DNA of 51,052 nt. It comes from Salpingoeca rosetta (Eukaryota > Protista > Choanoflagellata). Each line of letters starts with the position of its first letter. Position 1 is the stretch's first letter. Made by a program: the position numbers and the translations under genes. Where the stretch lies: NCBI GenBank assembly GCA_033442325.1, contig JAWQFM010000036.1, positions 252,506-303,557 on the forward strand, read 5' to 3'. Of the stretch, positions 1 through 14,526 are shown in pieces. The notes under the pieces were generated by a model. The model saw only the letters and a list, made by a program, of their open reading frames with translations. It was not told the DNA's origin and did no database searches.

Positions 1-1061
1 CCAGTGGAGCCCGTTGGCTTAGAGCGTGGTGCTGCCATCTTTCTGCAGCTGCTAGTGTGCCTGTGAATAATACAAACGTGCCAACAACAGGACCCGCGAG
101 TGGTCGTGAAACATGAGAATTCAAAGGAACAGGTGTTGGGATCGGGCAAACCAAACACGCATGCACGTGCACATGAATATGCGCGCAAGAACTCAAGCAA
201 GCAGCTGCACACAGGCTGAGACGCACACGTGTTCACACACACGCATACACACACGCACGCACGCATACGCACCTGCACTGGCGCTTTCCACAGGTGTCGT
301 CTCCATCTACACTGTCACCGTAATCGAAGGTGGCTCCTCTGAAGATCCCACTGGATACGTCCACAGCACAGCAGATGATGTGTCTTGTCACACGCGTTAC
401 CGCCACCAGCATCGCTGCAGCCTTCGTCATGCCAGTCGTTTCAGGTAACCGCAACATCTCAACCTCCTCTTTTCATTGTCATCACCACCACCCATCATCG
501 TCGTCGTCGTTTGGCGCACTTTGAAGCGGCTCCCGACACCACAAATTTTTCAGTCACCGTTGCGCACATGCGGCTGTCGATTTGGCATTCACCACTCAAC
601 GCTCTCACGTTGACAAAACCGCGACCATGAACGCCGCAGCTGCAACCATCGAGGATGGGCAGGTGAACGCGCCCCCGCACGTGCCAACGCCTGCCGTGAA
701 CACGTAAGCGGCAATCCGTGCATGCGCTGTTGCTTCGTCCACGAACAAGCGTTTCTGTGTGCGGATGTAGGATTTGGTCATCGTTGTGCAGCAGCTGTTG
801 TTGTTGTTGCGACTGTTGCGCATCTCAAAGCGCTTTCCCACTGGCCGCTGTTGCGCATGCCCGTCTGGTGTCCACATCACTGCCTGCTCACATGGCCATC
901 TGCTTGCAGCACCAGGAACAAGTGGCGGTGGGATTCCAGCGACTCCAGTGATTCCAGTGATTCAAGCGACACCAGCAGTTCAAGCGACACCAGCAGTGAC
1001 ACCAGCAGTGACACCAGCAGTGACGATGAGGTGCGCAGCCACAGCCTGCATGTCACGCCCA

Positions 1062-1139
<78 letters not shown>

Positions 1140-1342
1140 CAGTGCGATGAAAGATGACACTGAGAAACGACAACAACATCAAGTCCACGTCTCGCATTCT
1201 CAACAAATGTGAACGCCCACGACCATACAAACACACCACAAACTACATCCAACCACACCCCAATCGCATGATCGCATGCACATCTGTGTCTCACATACCT
1301 TGCATTCGCGCTGTCACCTCGCTAGCACACCCGCCGTCGCAG

Positions 1343-2857
1343 GCGCAAGAGGAGGTCCAGGCACTCAAGAAAGAAGTCCAGGAAATCCAGGAAGAAGCAG
1401 AAGAAGAAGCAGAAGAAGAGGTCCAAGACGAAGAAGAAGAAGACGAAGGGCAGGCACCGGAGCGTGCAGAACAAGAAGCGCGCTGCCCTGCGTCATGCTG
1501 TTGCCGCCGAGTACAGCTCGTCCTCCAGCCGCGTGCACACCACCGCCCCCATGCGCCCACCTCGCCCCGCCGCTGTTAACCAGCACAATCTCATGCGGAT
1601 GCCAATGCAAGCTCCAATGCAAGCGCCCATGCACATGCACGCTCCCAAGCAAGCACCGATGCCAATGCACGTGCCAATGCATGTGCCGATGCAAGCCAGC
1701 CGCGTCCACACGGCTGTCCCCATGCGACCACCTCCTCACTTCTCTGCCGGCACTGTCAACCAGCGCAATCCCATGCCGATGCCCATGCAAGCGCCAATGC
1801 CAGCGTCGTTGCAGGCGTCAATGTGCATGCCAATGGCAATGCAGGTGCAGGGGCACTTGTACGGCAGCACCAGTCACGCGGTCCGTGCAGGCTTCACTCC
1901 TGTCACCACAGCCACCCACAACACGAGCTCCAGTTATGTGCGTGCCGCCGCTGTCACTGCTAACCACACCAGCAACCACACCAGCTCTGCTTTCGTGCCA
2001 GCTCCCACAGCCAGTACTGGTTACGTGCCTGCTGCTGTCGCCCCAGGCCCCATCACCGCCACCAGCATGACGACGACGTTCAACAAGAACGGGCGCAGTT
2101 CCAAGGGGACGAATGCGAGCGCTGGACAGCAGCTTGATCGCAGCAACGGCGCCGCCAAAGCCAAGGTCAGCCTGACACACACATGCACGCATATGCACAC
2201 ACATGCGCACACACACACAAACACAGGTGCATTTGGTGTCGGTGTGAGCAAAGGTGCAACGAGGTCAAGTCAGACACAATCGCACACTGCACACACACAC
2301 ACACTGCACACACACACACACACACAACTGCAAACACAACAAACCCCAAAGCACGTGTGCTGCACTCCACACTCACATCGCACCTGCTTGCGCGTGGATG
2401 TCACCAGGCTGGCCGTTTCTGCCACAAAGACGATGGTGGACAGCAGTGCAAGCACGTGCAGCCGGCACCACCACCAGCCACGACAGACGCCCTGCTCAAG
2501 ATGGTGCTCGCTGGCAACCTTGGTGGCGGCCGTGCAGACTTCATGTGCTCAGACGGCCATGCTGAGACAGCGACGATGCTTGAGCTCTTCGCAGCCGCGC
2601 TGGCAGAGTCACAGGGCACAGAGGCCGTCCCAGACCACCACCACCACCGGCCCAACACGCTTGTAGATGTGCACATGAGGAAAGCACTGCTCGGCGATGC
2701 AGTGCGGTGTTCAAGCATGCGGCCGTGCATGGTTGAGCTGAAGGCGCGGGCTGCCATGTGGATGATGAACGTGTTGCAGCACATGCCACCAAGCACCACC
2801 AGCAAGAACAACGACGACGGCGACAGCGCCGATGGTGGAGACATGCTGGTGGTGTGA
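1343..2857 (+). CDS. Spliced hypothetical low-complexity protein: K/R-rich basic stretch, PMQA/PMHV repeats, small C-terminal domain. 5' exons uncertain; may include the Ser/Asp-rich exon near 910-1030.
   Basis: Acceptor cag at 1340-1342. Open frame RKRRSRHSRKKS...AAKAK to a donor at 2166. The CA-rich intron 2166-2407 joins in phase 0 to exon 2408-2857 (AGRFCHK...DMLVV stop). Confidence 0.5.
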
Positions 2858-5618
2858 GGGAGAATCGAAGCGAGGGGGGAGGGGGCGGTGACGTGTTGGC
2901 TGATGGTGCTGCTGGCGGTCGATGGCATTCCGTTGCGGTGGTTGGTGATTGCGATGAAGGGATCCGAGAGGTGTGCATGCACGATGGGGTGTGTTCGCAT
3001 GCCACTTCCGGCGTTCTTGTGCCTGTTGCTTGATCGCACATGTCGCTTGTCCGTCACTGTCGTTGGTGTCGTAGTTATCGATGTCAACCGTTGCTGGTGC
3101 TGGTGCTGTGTGCGTGGATGTGCTTGTGTGTTCGTGTGGATGTCGTGGTTCGGCTGCAGTGCTAGTACTGCGTCTGTGGGTGCGTGTGCTGCTGTTGTTT
3201 GCTGCCGAGGTTGATGACCTTCATCTCACTGATGATGCCACTGTTGTCGGTGCGATTGTTGCCATGACTATCACTGTGCTGCTTTGTGTCACTCCACGTC
3301 TTTCCATTCAGCCGGTGGCGATTGTTGCAGGTGATTTGTGCCGCTTGTACATGTGTCATCGTGTTCGCATCTGCCAATGGACGACAATGTGTCAGAACAC
3401 GTGCATTCAGGGGAGGCGGGGTGAGACGGTGTAGAGAAGCGTGGCACAACGCAACAGTGCACACACACACACACACACACATACCCGCACGCACGCACAC
3501 GCACGCACACGCACGCACACGCACACACACACGCACACACACACACACACGCGCGCGCGCTGCTTTAACTGAGTTATGTGTAGGACACAAGGACGAAAAA
3601 GGACAAAATTCACTCCCGGTCACCAACACGTCAAACGTCAACCTCACCTGTTGAAATATTGAAAAGGCGCCGAACAGCAACAGGAACACATCACTGTCCT
3701 CCTCGCCCACAACAATCATCCACACCACCCACCGCCACCATGTAGGACGTGGCACAAGTGCCGCTTGCAGGGCTTTTCAGCCACCCTCAATCAGAAGTCC
3801 TGCCACACACGTAAGGAGCAGTGGACAGCGTGGCTTGGGTGCTGGTGTGGCGTGCGCGTGTGAATGCTGCCTGCGGTTCACGATTGCAAGCGTCATGGTA
3901 TCACTTGGCTGTAGGGGCGGGGGCCTGTTGGTGCACATCATCTCACCACCTGTCTCGCCCTCCACACCATCACAACTCACGCTGCTGCTGTTGCTGCTGC
4001 TGCTGTTGCTGCCTGTCACATTCAGCTTGCACCACCACCTTCATCTCCATCACCCATCAGACACGAGTGCCAACAAGATCACGACGGCCACCAAGAAGTC
4101 GACGACGATGATGATGGAGGTGAAGGCGCCAGCGACGAAGAACGAGGCAGCGGCTCTGCTCCCGGCTGTTGCAGTAGAAAGGTGTTCGTCACACCACCAG
4201 CATCCCCATCATCGTCGTCATCAGCGTCACCAGCACCACGCCATCATGACAACGACGACGGTGGTGGTGATCGTGGTGGTGGTGGAAGGTGTCCAGACAG
4301 CCGTCCAATACAGCGAAGCTATGACTGCCACCATTGGGCAAGTGCACTACGCAGTAAGCACTCGCATCACTTCAAGCACGCACGTCGCTGCCATCTTCGT
4401 CTTCACTCTGGTGAGGAAACAAAACAAACAGCATGCATGCATGCACGCATGATGATGATGATGATGATGATGATGGTGGGTGTGGTCATGGAATGGCATG
4501 AGCAACAGGGGAAGGGAGAAGCGGCAATGAATGCTGTGATAGCAAAGCCGTGTGATAGCAAAGCCATGACTTGACGCGACAACACATACACACACGCATG
4601 CTGGTGTCAGCCACGCACGCACACACACACACATACATTCACATATGCATTCACACGTGTGTGCATACTCACGTCTCTCGCCTGCATGTGCGTGATCCCA
4701 TAATACATGGTCTTCCCTGGGCGTCACCATCATCACCACCACCACCATCACCAACCGCAACACCCATGACGCAGTATCAGTAAATTTGTGACCATCTCAT
4801 CTCTTCGCAGTGACCGCAACACTGGCTGGGGCGGTGCTGGGACAGATGTTTGCTCTGCCATCACCACCATCACCACCACCATCATCACCATCACCAGCAG
4901 CATCAGTGAAGATAGACGGTGATGATGGTGATGGCGACCGCGCTCGTGTTGAGGTGGAGATGCAGCGGGTCATGCACTTCCAATGACGCAACCCAAAGCC
5001 ACCGCCACTCTGGCAGTGACCGCCACCACCATCACTATCACCGCATGTGTAAACCATCAACGCGTGTGCTGTCATCGTCTCAACACCGCAGCCATGAAAG
5101 CGGTGATCCAAAGCACTCATGGTACCACCCCTGTCGTCTTCCTAATAGCCATCAGCCACACAGGCACGCGCTGCTGCTGCTGTTGTTGTTGCTGTTGCTG
5201 CTGCTGCTGTCGTGAAAATACCTCTGCTCTCACACACATATGCGCGTGTGCATGTCCTTGTCACCGGCCTAACCGCCACTGTGTCCCTGCGGTCACCACA
5301 ATCGCGCTTGAGCATGTGTTGCTGCTGTCATGGTTGTTATGTTCATGTCGCGAGCACTCGACTCCATCTTCGTCTCTTGCTGCTGCTGTTGGTGTATGTG
5401 GCGCTGTGTGCTGCCACGTGCGTTGCTGTCGTGGTTGACATCATCAACACATCCACACGTTCGTGCTGTGGTCGCAGTGCCCGCTCCTGCTTCAACACAC
5501 ACACACACACGAACACACGCGCGAGAGAGTGTGAGTGAACATTGGCACATAGCCGGTGCACACACGTGTGAGCGGTTGAGAGAAAGCAAGTGCTGATTGC
5601 ATGTGTGACTGTGTGTGC

Positions 5619-5682
<64 letters not shown>

Positions 5683-6190
5683 CGGTGTACATGTGCTCGA
5701 ACCTTGCAACGGTGGCTCAAAGGATGAGGCCGTGGGTAAGTAAGCAGGTGGGAGCGTGTGGGTGCGTGTTTGTGCTCGCGTGTGCGAGCGTATGCCGGGG
5801 TTATTCACATTCCTATTTCCGATTCGATTCGATGCCAAAATCAAACAAGCAAACGAGTTTGAGCACATCAAAATCGCTGACGTTGCGCTACATGAAGGAA
5901 TTTCACTGCCGTCATGTGTCGCAAACAGATGACGTGAACCCACCGACACACGAGAGCAGCGTGGACATTTGTGTGCGTTTCTGAAGAATGTGGATAAGCA
6001 ATGGCATGGTGCTGCTGTCCTCACCTCGTCGTTGCTGGTGGTGGTGGATGTGGTCTGGTCACGTCGGTCATGTCATGGGTGCTCTTGATGTCCTGTCGTG
6101 GATCTTGAGTTTGAGGCGGAAACGATCGTAAGATCGCACGAGCATTCCACCTCAGATGGGCCAAACACGCCACACTCACGCCACCCTAGC

Positions 6191-6241
<51 letters not shown>

Positions 6242-8044
6242 TGGCTCCACGCTCAGCTCTCGTGCTGGCTCCCTGGTGCGCACGAACCGGCTATTCCATC
6301 CTGGGATGAGGCTGTGGAGTGGCATTAGGTAGTGGAGTGGCACTAGGTAGTAGCAACTGGCGGTGGAGGTGCGGCTGATGATGGCAGCAATTTGAGGGTT
6401 GACGCTGTCCACGCGCGCACACACGCATACAGCACGACGGCAAGGCATGCTGTACGGCAATCGAATGTTGGTGAAAGGGGGAGAGGGCCGTGAGCAGGTG
6501 CCTAGGTGCATTGATGGCGTGTGCGTATGTGTGTACATTAGTGTGTTGGTGAAAGCTTCAAGTGCCCGCTATCAACACATCAGGAAGACACCATGAAGAC
6601 ACAACACAAACTATCAATCAACCAGCCAGTCACTACAATACATGAACGTTGCCACATCGCCAGCATCCGCCACCAATAACGGCACGACTCACCTGGCATA
6701 CACTGTGTAGGAAGGCGTGGTGGCCGTCTGCAGTGCACAAGACACCAACCAGCGTGATGACCGCGGTGACGACGGGGGAGGGGATTAATGCAGCATTCAC
6801 GCCATGGCCCGGTCAGCGCAACATCAACGCATGACAGCGATTGCCAGTTGGTTGGAGGTGCTGTTCGGAAGTGGACTGAGTCACCATCATCACCTTCATC
6901 ACCCTGACGATCGAACAAGCAAGCGTGTGAGGGCATGCACATGCGTGTGTGCGTGTGTGTGTGTGTGTGAGTGTGCGTGCCTCTGCACGTGCGTGCGTAC
7001 TCTACTGGCGTTCTGTTTGGAAGAGGAACAGAGAGAACACATGCATGATGGCCCATTCACATTTCACACACACACACACACAAAACACTGACTTGCGTGG
7101 TTTCAGCGAGCTTCGAGGTCGCACCATTGACAAGAGGCCATGTCAGCCTGTGGCAGCCTCTGCACACGCTCTGTGTGGCAGTGCAAACGCGAGTAACGCC
7201 AGCAACACTGAAACAACCACTGGCATCGCAGTTGCAGAGGCAAGGGTGAGGCTAAATTGCCACAGCACCATGTCCCGTCAACAAACATGCTTGCAAGCAT
7301 GCAAGCAAGCATAGCATCGTGTCGCCTGTTCATGCTGCATGGCTTTTGATTGTGGTAATCTCACGAAAACACCCATGCCGCCAACGGCTAACAGATCACA
7401 CATCAAGCACATCTCCCGCAACCACCGACCAATCAGGGCTTCACGAGGGCCGCACCACACACACACACAACACGCAACACACACACGCACACACACACAC
7501 ACACACACAAGTCCACGCGCGCTCAGTAGAGCTTACCTGGAGAAGGCAGGCCTGGTTGGTTGGTTGCTGCATTCCTGCTCAATAGCCCGTGGTCTACTCT
7601 CAGCGACCGATTACACACGCACAATTCAAGACGGTGAGGCAGTGCACAGCACACGCTGCAAGCCGCTGCAGATGCGTTGTGGATACGTTAGGCAGTGTGT
7701 GAGGAGCGGAATTCAGACGGCACAGAGCAAAGGGTTGGAAGCAGAAACCCCCTTGCATCATCATCGCCAAACTGCGTGTACCAAAGACAAAACCAAAAAC
7801 AAGCGCTTGCTTGCCTGCATGGAGGCACATGTGAAGGCGGGGCAGGACAACAACACAGCACAAGACACGCACACATCCTGTGTGCATATCGAGCCGTGCA
7901 AGCAAGCAAAACCGGAAAGCCACAAAGAACTCACCCCTATTTCTTCTTGGTGCTTGAAGACGTCGTCATCTCTGCCGTGTGCCCATGCTGCCCTGCCATG
8001 CAACTGCCATCGTGTACCGTGCCGTGTTGCAGGGGGGGGGGGGA

Positions 8045-8135
8045 GAAGCTAGATGAGATGTGAGGTCAACAGCAACCAGAGCTCATCATTGTCGTGGATG
8101 GATGATGTAAACACGGCTGACATGCACATGCATGA

Positions 8136-8167
<32 letters not shown>

Positions 8168-8897
8168 CACTGAAGCGAAGCAGTGGTGAGCCGAGAGCGC
8201 ATGACCATACGTGCAGGTGCGATGATGCGCAGTGAGCACACGACCGTTGCTACTCTTCAACTTGCGACCACCAGTATACTTGAGATCATCACTCATGAGC
8301 AGCACTCACTCTCTTCTCCACGGTTTCAGGATGTGTTCTCCTCTTCACTTCTGCTCATTCCAGTGCGCTTGCTGTGTGCTGAGGCCATCATCGTGTTGCC
8401 TTCCTCGTTCCCCATCTCTCCACACAAACACACACAAGCACGCACACGCGCACCAATCAAACCGTTGCTGTCATCAGCGTTGCTTTTTGTGCGTATGCTT
8501 GCAGGCACAAGTGAGAGAGAGGAAAAGCGAGAATGAAATCGGTTGGTTGGTGCATGCAGTTGGACTGAATTCAGTCCACACACACACTCGCCTCTTCCTT
8601 TCACCCTGCTCAAAAGTCGAGAACGTTGGCACTGGGACACTTCAGCTAGCAGCTGCAGCTTCCTTCTGTTTGTTGAAGCCGAGCGAGCGAGCAAGAAGCA
8701 AGCTGTGTCTCATGTCACTCAATACTTGCACTTTGTCTTGTCAGCTATGTTTTTGTGCGAGCCGCTATGTAGGTGTGTAGTAACTGCCGGAGGAGTGTGG
8801 ATGACGGAAGCTAGATGAGATGTGAGGTCAACAGCAACCAGAGCTCATCATTGTCGTGGATGGATGATGTAAACACGGCTGACATGCACATGCATGA

Positions 8898-8929
<32 letters not shown>

Positions 8930-9533
8930 CACTGAAGCGAAGCAGTGGTGAGCCGAGAGCGCATGACCATACGTGCAGGTGCGATGATGCGCAGTGAGCA
9001 CACGACCGTTGCTACTCTTCAACTTGCGACCACCAGTATACTTGAGATCATCACTCATGAGCAGCACTCACTCTCTTCTCCACGGTTTCAGGATGTGTTC
9101 TCCTCTTCACTTCTGCTCATTCCAGTGCGCTTGCTGTGTGCTGAGGCCATCATCGTGTTGCCTTCCTCGTTCCCCATCTCTCCACACAAACACACACAAG
9201 CACGCACACGCGCACCAATCAAACCGTTGCTGTCATCAGCGTTGCTTTTTGTGCGTATGCTTGCAGGCACAAGTGAGAGAGAGGAAAAGCGAGAATGAAA
9301 TCGGTTGGTTGGTGCATGCAGTTGGACTGAATTCAGTCCACACACACACTCGCCTCTTCCTTTCACCCTGCTCAAAAGTCGAGAACGTTACTTCAGCAAG
9401 GCAGCTGCAGCTTCCTTCTGTTTGTTGAAGCCGAGCGAGCGAACAAGAAGCAAGCTGTGTCTCATGTCACTCAATACTTGCACTTTGTCTTGTCAGCTAT
9501 GTTTTTGTGCGAGCCGCTATGTAGGTGTGTAGT
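8045..9533. repeat. Direct tandem duplication, period 762 bp (copy 1 ~8045-8781, copy 2 ~8807-9533)
   Basis: Both copies start gaagctagatgagatgtgaggtcaac and give identical ORF translations offset by 762. Copy 2 has a ~10-bp deletion near 9388 and a few substitutions. Confidence 0.95.
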
Positions 9534-12216
9534 TGCGTTGCCTACACAAAGAAGGGGCAAACAAGCCAGCTGGCCTCTTGTGCACTTGCCGTCTGCGTCA
9601 CATCACTTCTTCTGCAGTGCCTGGTTTGCCTTCGGTCCATCCAGCCCTCTTCCAGCAGCTGCAACAAGACAGCAGCACGTCAGCCCGTCCCGCCCCCTGC
9701 ACTGCCCCTGCCCCCCCTCTGTTTCGTTTCGCTGCTAGCAGCTTCCTTTGAACTGTTGCCCATGTACCCCTTTCCTGGCCCCTCTCGCACAAGGGAGCAA
9801 GTGCGCTCTGCAGGTAACAGCACAATGCGTGACCACTCAAGCATTCATCTACTTCCATCAAGCCATCACACAGCAAGATCACCCCCAAGCAGCGACTTTG
9901 GTGCACAGGCATCATCTCCACTGCGTGCAGCACAGCAGTCCTAATCAATCAGGATGCCCTGTTTTCGCAGCTGACACCGGCAACGGACTGGCGCCAGAAG
10001 TGAACGCTTTCTGTCATTTTGACGATAAGAGAAGGATTTATTCCGCAAAGGGTAATGACGTCAGTCGGACATGCGTGTGTTTGCTTTCTCTCTCACCACA
10101 CATCAACACACAATCAATTGCCTTGACAAGACAACAGGTCCGCGCGCAGACTCAGCGTCCACTGCTCTTATTCATCGAAGCACACCGCCTTCGACACGAC
10201 CACAGCCATGCTGCGGAGATGTGACCAACAACAGCACGACATCGACAGCGACGCGGGGAGGGCAACGCACATGGATGAGGCAGTACAGGCAAGGAAATTG
10301 AACAACGCCACTCAAGCAACACCAGCACCATCAGCACGAGCTGTCGACAATCAGCCTCCATCACAACAATAACAGCAGTCGACACAGCCGTCTTCGTTGT
10401 CACCGTTTCCATCACGCTCGACACGTACAGCTCAGCTCGGGCGCACAATTCAGCCACAACCATGCTCACTAGCCAATCCAGGTGCAGCAGTGTGTGCGCC
10501 AACCACAGCCTCGACAGACGCGAACCCTGTCCCCTTCGTGCCATCGGCAATCAGCGCCAAGCCACAGCACCCAAGGTCAAGTGTACCCTCGAAGCAACAA
10601 CATCTGTTGGCAGCATTCCTGGCAGCAGCAGCACCATCTCAGCAACAACAGCAACAACACCCACCAATGCAGTTGCATCAGAACCAAGCATTTCTCACCC
10701 CAACCGCTTCAGCAGCTACAGCGACGACAATGGGCGTGCATGCACTTGCACACCAACCAACCCATGTGCGCTTCTCTCCACCGCCACAGAACAGCACTGT
10801 GTACCGCGACCGTCCTGTCGATATCAACCATGCACGTTGGCTCGCAAAAGACGCCTCGACAACAGCAGCAACAACAGCTACTGAGTGAAACACAGCAAGT
10901 GTCGACAAACCAGCACAAGCAAGGCCTGCCCGTTTGTCGACCGGCAGTGATAGCAGCAGAGAAGATTGCAGTTGGCTGAGACCATGACACCAGGCGAGCC
11001 GGCGGAGCACCGCCATGAATTCCACCACCACCACAACGGCCGCGAAGTGGAAGACGATGCTGTGGTCGCTCCATCATCACCACACTGTGGTGGACTGATG
11101 CCCGGTACTCGCGACCTGCATGAGCAGGACACAGACAAGAAGCCGAGCCCCGCGCATGCAACTGCTCAACTTACACACGCATCACAGCAGCAGCAACATC
11201 AATGGCTGCAGCAGCAACAACAGCATGAACCAGTACAACAGCAGCAGGAGGATGAGATGCAGAAGGGTGGTGGTAGAGGCGGCAAGCTGCGTGGCTCAAA
11301 CACCCCCTCCAAACTACACTCACAAGGAAGCTGTCCCAAACAAGGCCAGGAAGCAACCACGTGTCAGCAGACCCGCAAAGTCAAACAAGCCAACTGCTAT
11401 TCGCAGGGAGGACCCAGCCATACGACAGCAGATCCTCAAATACCGAGAACGCCAGAACCAGCAGCAGCAACAACAAGAACCACAACGGGCTCAACAGCAA
11501 CGCGCAGGCAAGCACCGGGCAACGCGTGAGGCAACTGTCAATCGCCAACAGAACCCCGCAAAGAGAAAGCAGCAAGTCGGCAAGGAAGCGAATCCGGCGT
11601 TGCCCCAGGAAACAAGGATCCATTCGACAACAAGCGCTCAGGCGCACCAACAGCAGCAACAATTGCAGCAGCACGAAAAGAAGAGTAACATGCAGCAGCA
11701 GGAAGCAGCGGCAGCGGCAGCAGCCTTGTGGCGAAAGTGGCGGTGATGGTGATGGCAGCCATTCGGGTACTGCGGGTGTGTGTGTGGGGTGCTATACGAG
11801 GCACAATCATTCGAGATCACACCACAGACGACGATGAAGCTACTTGTGTGATGATGATGATGATGGTTGATGAGAGTCCGAGAGAGTCACGGTCGCTGTG
11901 GTGAGGAGAGTCAGACGTGTGATGACTTGTGGGATGGACGCGCTTCAGTCTTGCCCTCGTGTGCCCATGTTCGTGCGCACCAGAATTGGGCATTGTCAGA
12001 TGTTTGTTCAAGAGTTCAAGTGACAGTGCGGTGACAGCAATATGTCACACAACGAGTAAAGGCACGTGGAATTCACAACAGTGGTGAACCACATCACGTT
12101 GCATATTGTGTTGTCCTCAGAGCTACACGACATGCTCCTATTTCAACTCCGTCTCTGCTTGTATGCTGTGGTACCCAGTGCCTGGGAACTGTTTCCACAT
12201 TGACCGTCTCCCAAAA

Positions 12217-12344
12217 CACAACCGCTCATCTCAAGCCCTTCTGCTTCCATCACACGAGTTCAGAGTACCGTGCCCTCACAACCGCTCATCTCAAGCCCTT
12301 CTGCTCCCATCCCACGAGTTCAGAGTACCGTGCCCTCAAAACCG
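12217..12344. repeat. 60-bp tandem repeat, 2 copies plus a partial third
   Basis: cacaaccgctcatctcaagcccttctgct...agagtaccgtgccct occurs at 12217 and 12277. Confidence 0.9.
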
Positions 12345-12412
12345 ATTCACAGTGCATACCATTTTACCACAGGTCATGCGCAGCGGAGGGTCTCACACGC
12401 ACGCTCACAGGG

Positions 12413-12671
12413 NNNNNNNNNNNNNNNNNNNNNNNNNNNNNNNNNNNNNNNNNNNNNNNNNNNNNNNNNNNNNNNNNNNNNNNNNNNNNNNNNNNNNNNN
12501 NNNNNNNNNNNNNNNNNNNNNNNNNNNNNNNNNNNNNNNNNNNNNNNNNNNNNNNNNNNNNNNNNNNNNNNNNNNNNNNNNNNNNNNNNNNNNNNNNNNN
12601 NNNNNNNNNNNNNNNNNNNNNNNNNNNNNNNNNNNNNNNNNNNNNNNNNNNNNNNNNNNNNNNNNNNNNNN
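12413..12671. other. Assembly gap (259 N)
   Basis: Run of N. Confidence 1.
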
Positions 12672-13296
12672 ACACGGCGAGGGGCCGCGCTGAAGGGTAA
12701 CCTGTCCCGTGTTCCCGGAAGGGGAAGACAGGTGGAGAAGGTATGCATGTGTGAGAGTGTGAATGAGTTGTGTGTGCGAGTGTGTGTGCATTCATGTGTG
12801 TGTGTGTGTGCTAATGTCACCACTGTGTGTGTATGTGCGTGGTAACACTGACAACAACAGAATTGCAACATCGCATGATGTGACCACGCCTTCACAACGT
12901 CATCACGTCGTGCAATGGCATTGATTCAGCTCGCAAGCATGGGGCCAAGGTGTGTGAGTGCATACACACGTACATACACACATACATACACACGTGTGTG
13001 TCAATCCCTTGATGGATACTCACAAGGCAGGTGTCGGCGATGGCTTCAAAGGTGGTGATCTTCGCTCTGTGTTTGTGTGTGCGTGTGCGCGTGTGCAGAA
13101 ACTTGGTGAGCTCAGCAGTGGGGATGACGACAGTTGCGCAAGACACGAGCTCTGCTCGTGCCAAGGGACAGCAAGATGTTACCAGACAGCCACGCCATGA
13201 AGTGAAAATAATTGTTGGGTGGATTCGAAGTTAAATTACTGTTGTCAAAACCAACGCTCACATCATCAACAGCGCAACGACACAAAGCAACGCCAG

Positions 13297-13388
<92 letters not shown>

Positions 13389-14474
13389 CTCGTCTGAACG
13401 CATACCTGGGTCATGTCTCGCGTCCCACCAGCCAAGGTACAGCATGGCATGCCATGTGCAAGCTGCCTCATACGGAATCCATGGCATACTCCCTTCCTGC
13501 ACACAGTGAATGTGGTTGAAAAACGCACATACACACACACGCACGCACGCACACACACGCACGCACACACACAAAAGAGTGTACCATCGTGAGGGAGATG
13601 TGAAGTGAAGGAACGCATGTCGCCACCAGCAAGAACACACGCCCGCACACAATGCTTTTCTGTCACTTCCATTCACTCGCATGTGCTCATACCCACTCAC
13701 CTGATGCAGAGAAGCAAGGTGACATTGATGACGGCAGCTGATGTGACAAGCAGCGCTGCCGCAAACATGGCCCGCAGCAGTATCCCAAGGTAATGTGACG
13801 ACTGCCGATGTTGTCGTGCGAGAGAAGGTCAAGCGAGCTGCAGGTGTGCATTTCCAAACCGTTGCCACTCAACCATTCCCACTTTCCCTCATGGTCACGC
13901 AACACTGCAGCAGTGCACGTGGCCTGGACAAGAGCACGATGGACCGCACCCGAATCGTGAGTTCTTGCACGTGGCACATGAAAGCGGGGGGGGGGGAGTG
14001 GAACGCACGTGGGGCGGGTATAAGTGAAACAATCATGTTTACAACGCATCGCATGTGGCACACGCACGTGCACACACACGCACACAGCCCACGTGCACAC
14101 ACATACACACACATACACACACGCACACATACATATGCACGCCCCGTCTTCTCACCTCTCTGCGTGTGAATTCAGTGCGCGAATCCGCTGAAGGTGGCGG
14201 TGTTGCCAGCCGTGCTGCTCATGCAATTGGTGGCGGCGGTCGTGACGACGCTGCTGTGGGCACCACGCCACCTCATGGCGCTGTTGGTGCCAACGCACGA
14301 CGCACCACCACCGCCTCAGGTGCCAACGCCAACACTGATGGTAGCGCCGATACCGCTTGCGGTGCGTGACACATGTCCTGGCTGCGAATGCAGAGCCACA
14401 TGGGACAGTGAGAGGTAGCGGTGGCAGAGATGAAACTCACTCGCAGCCGCAAACCGTGAGGTTATCCCTCCGCG

Positions 14475-14526
<52 letters not shown>

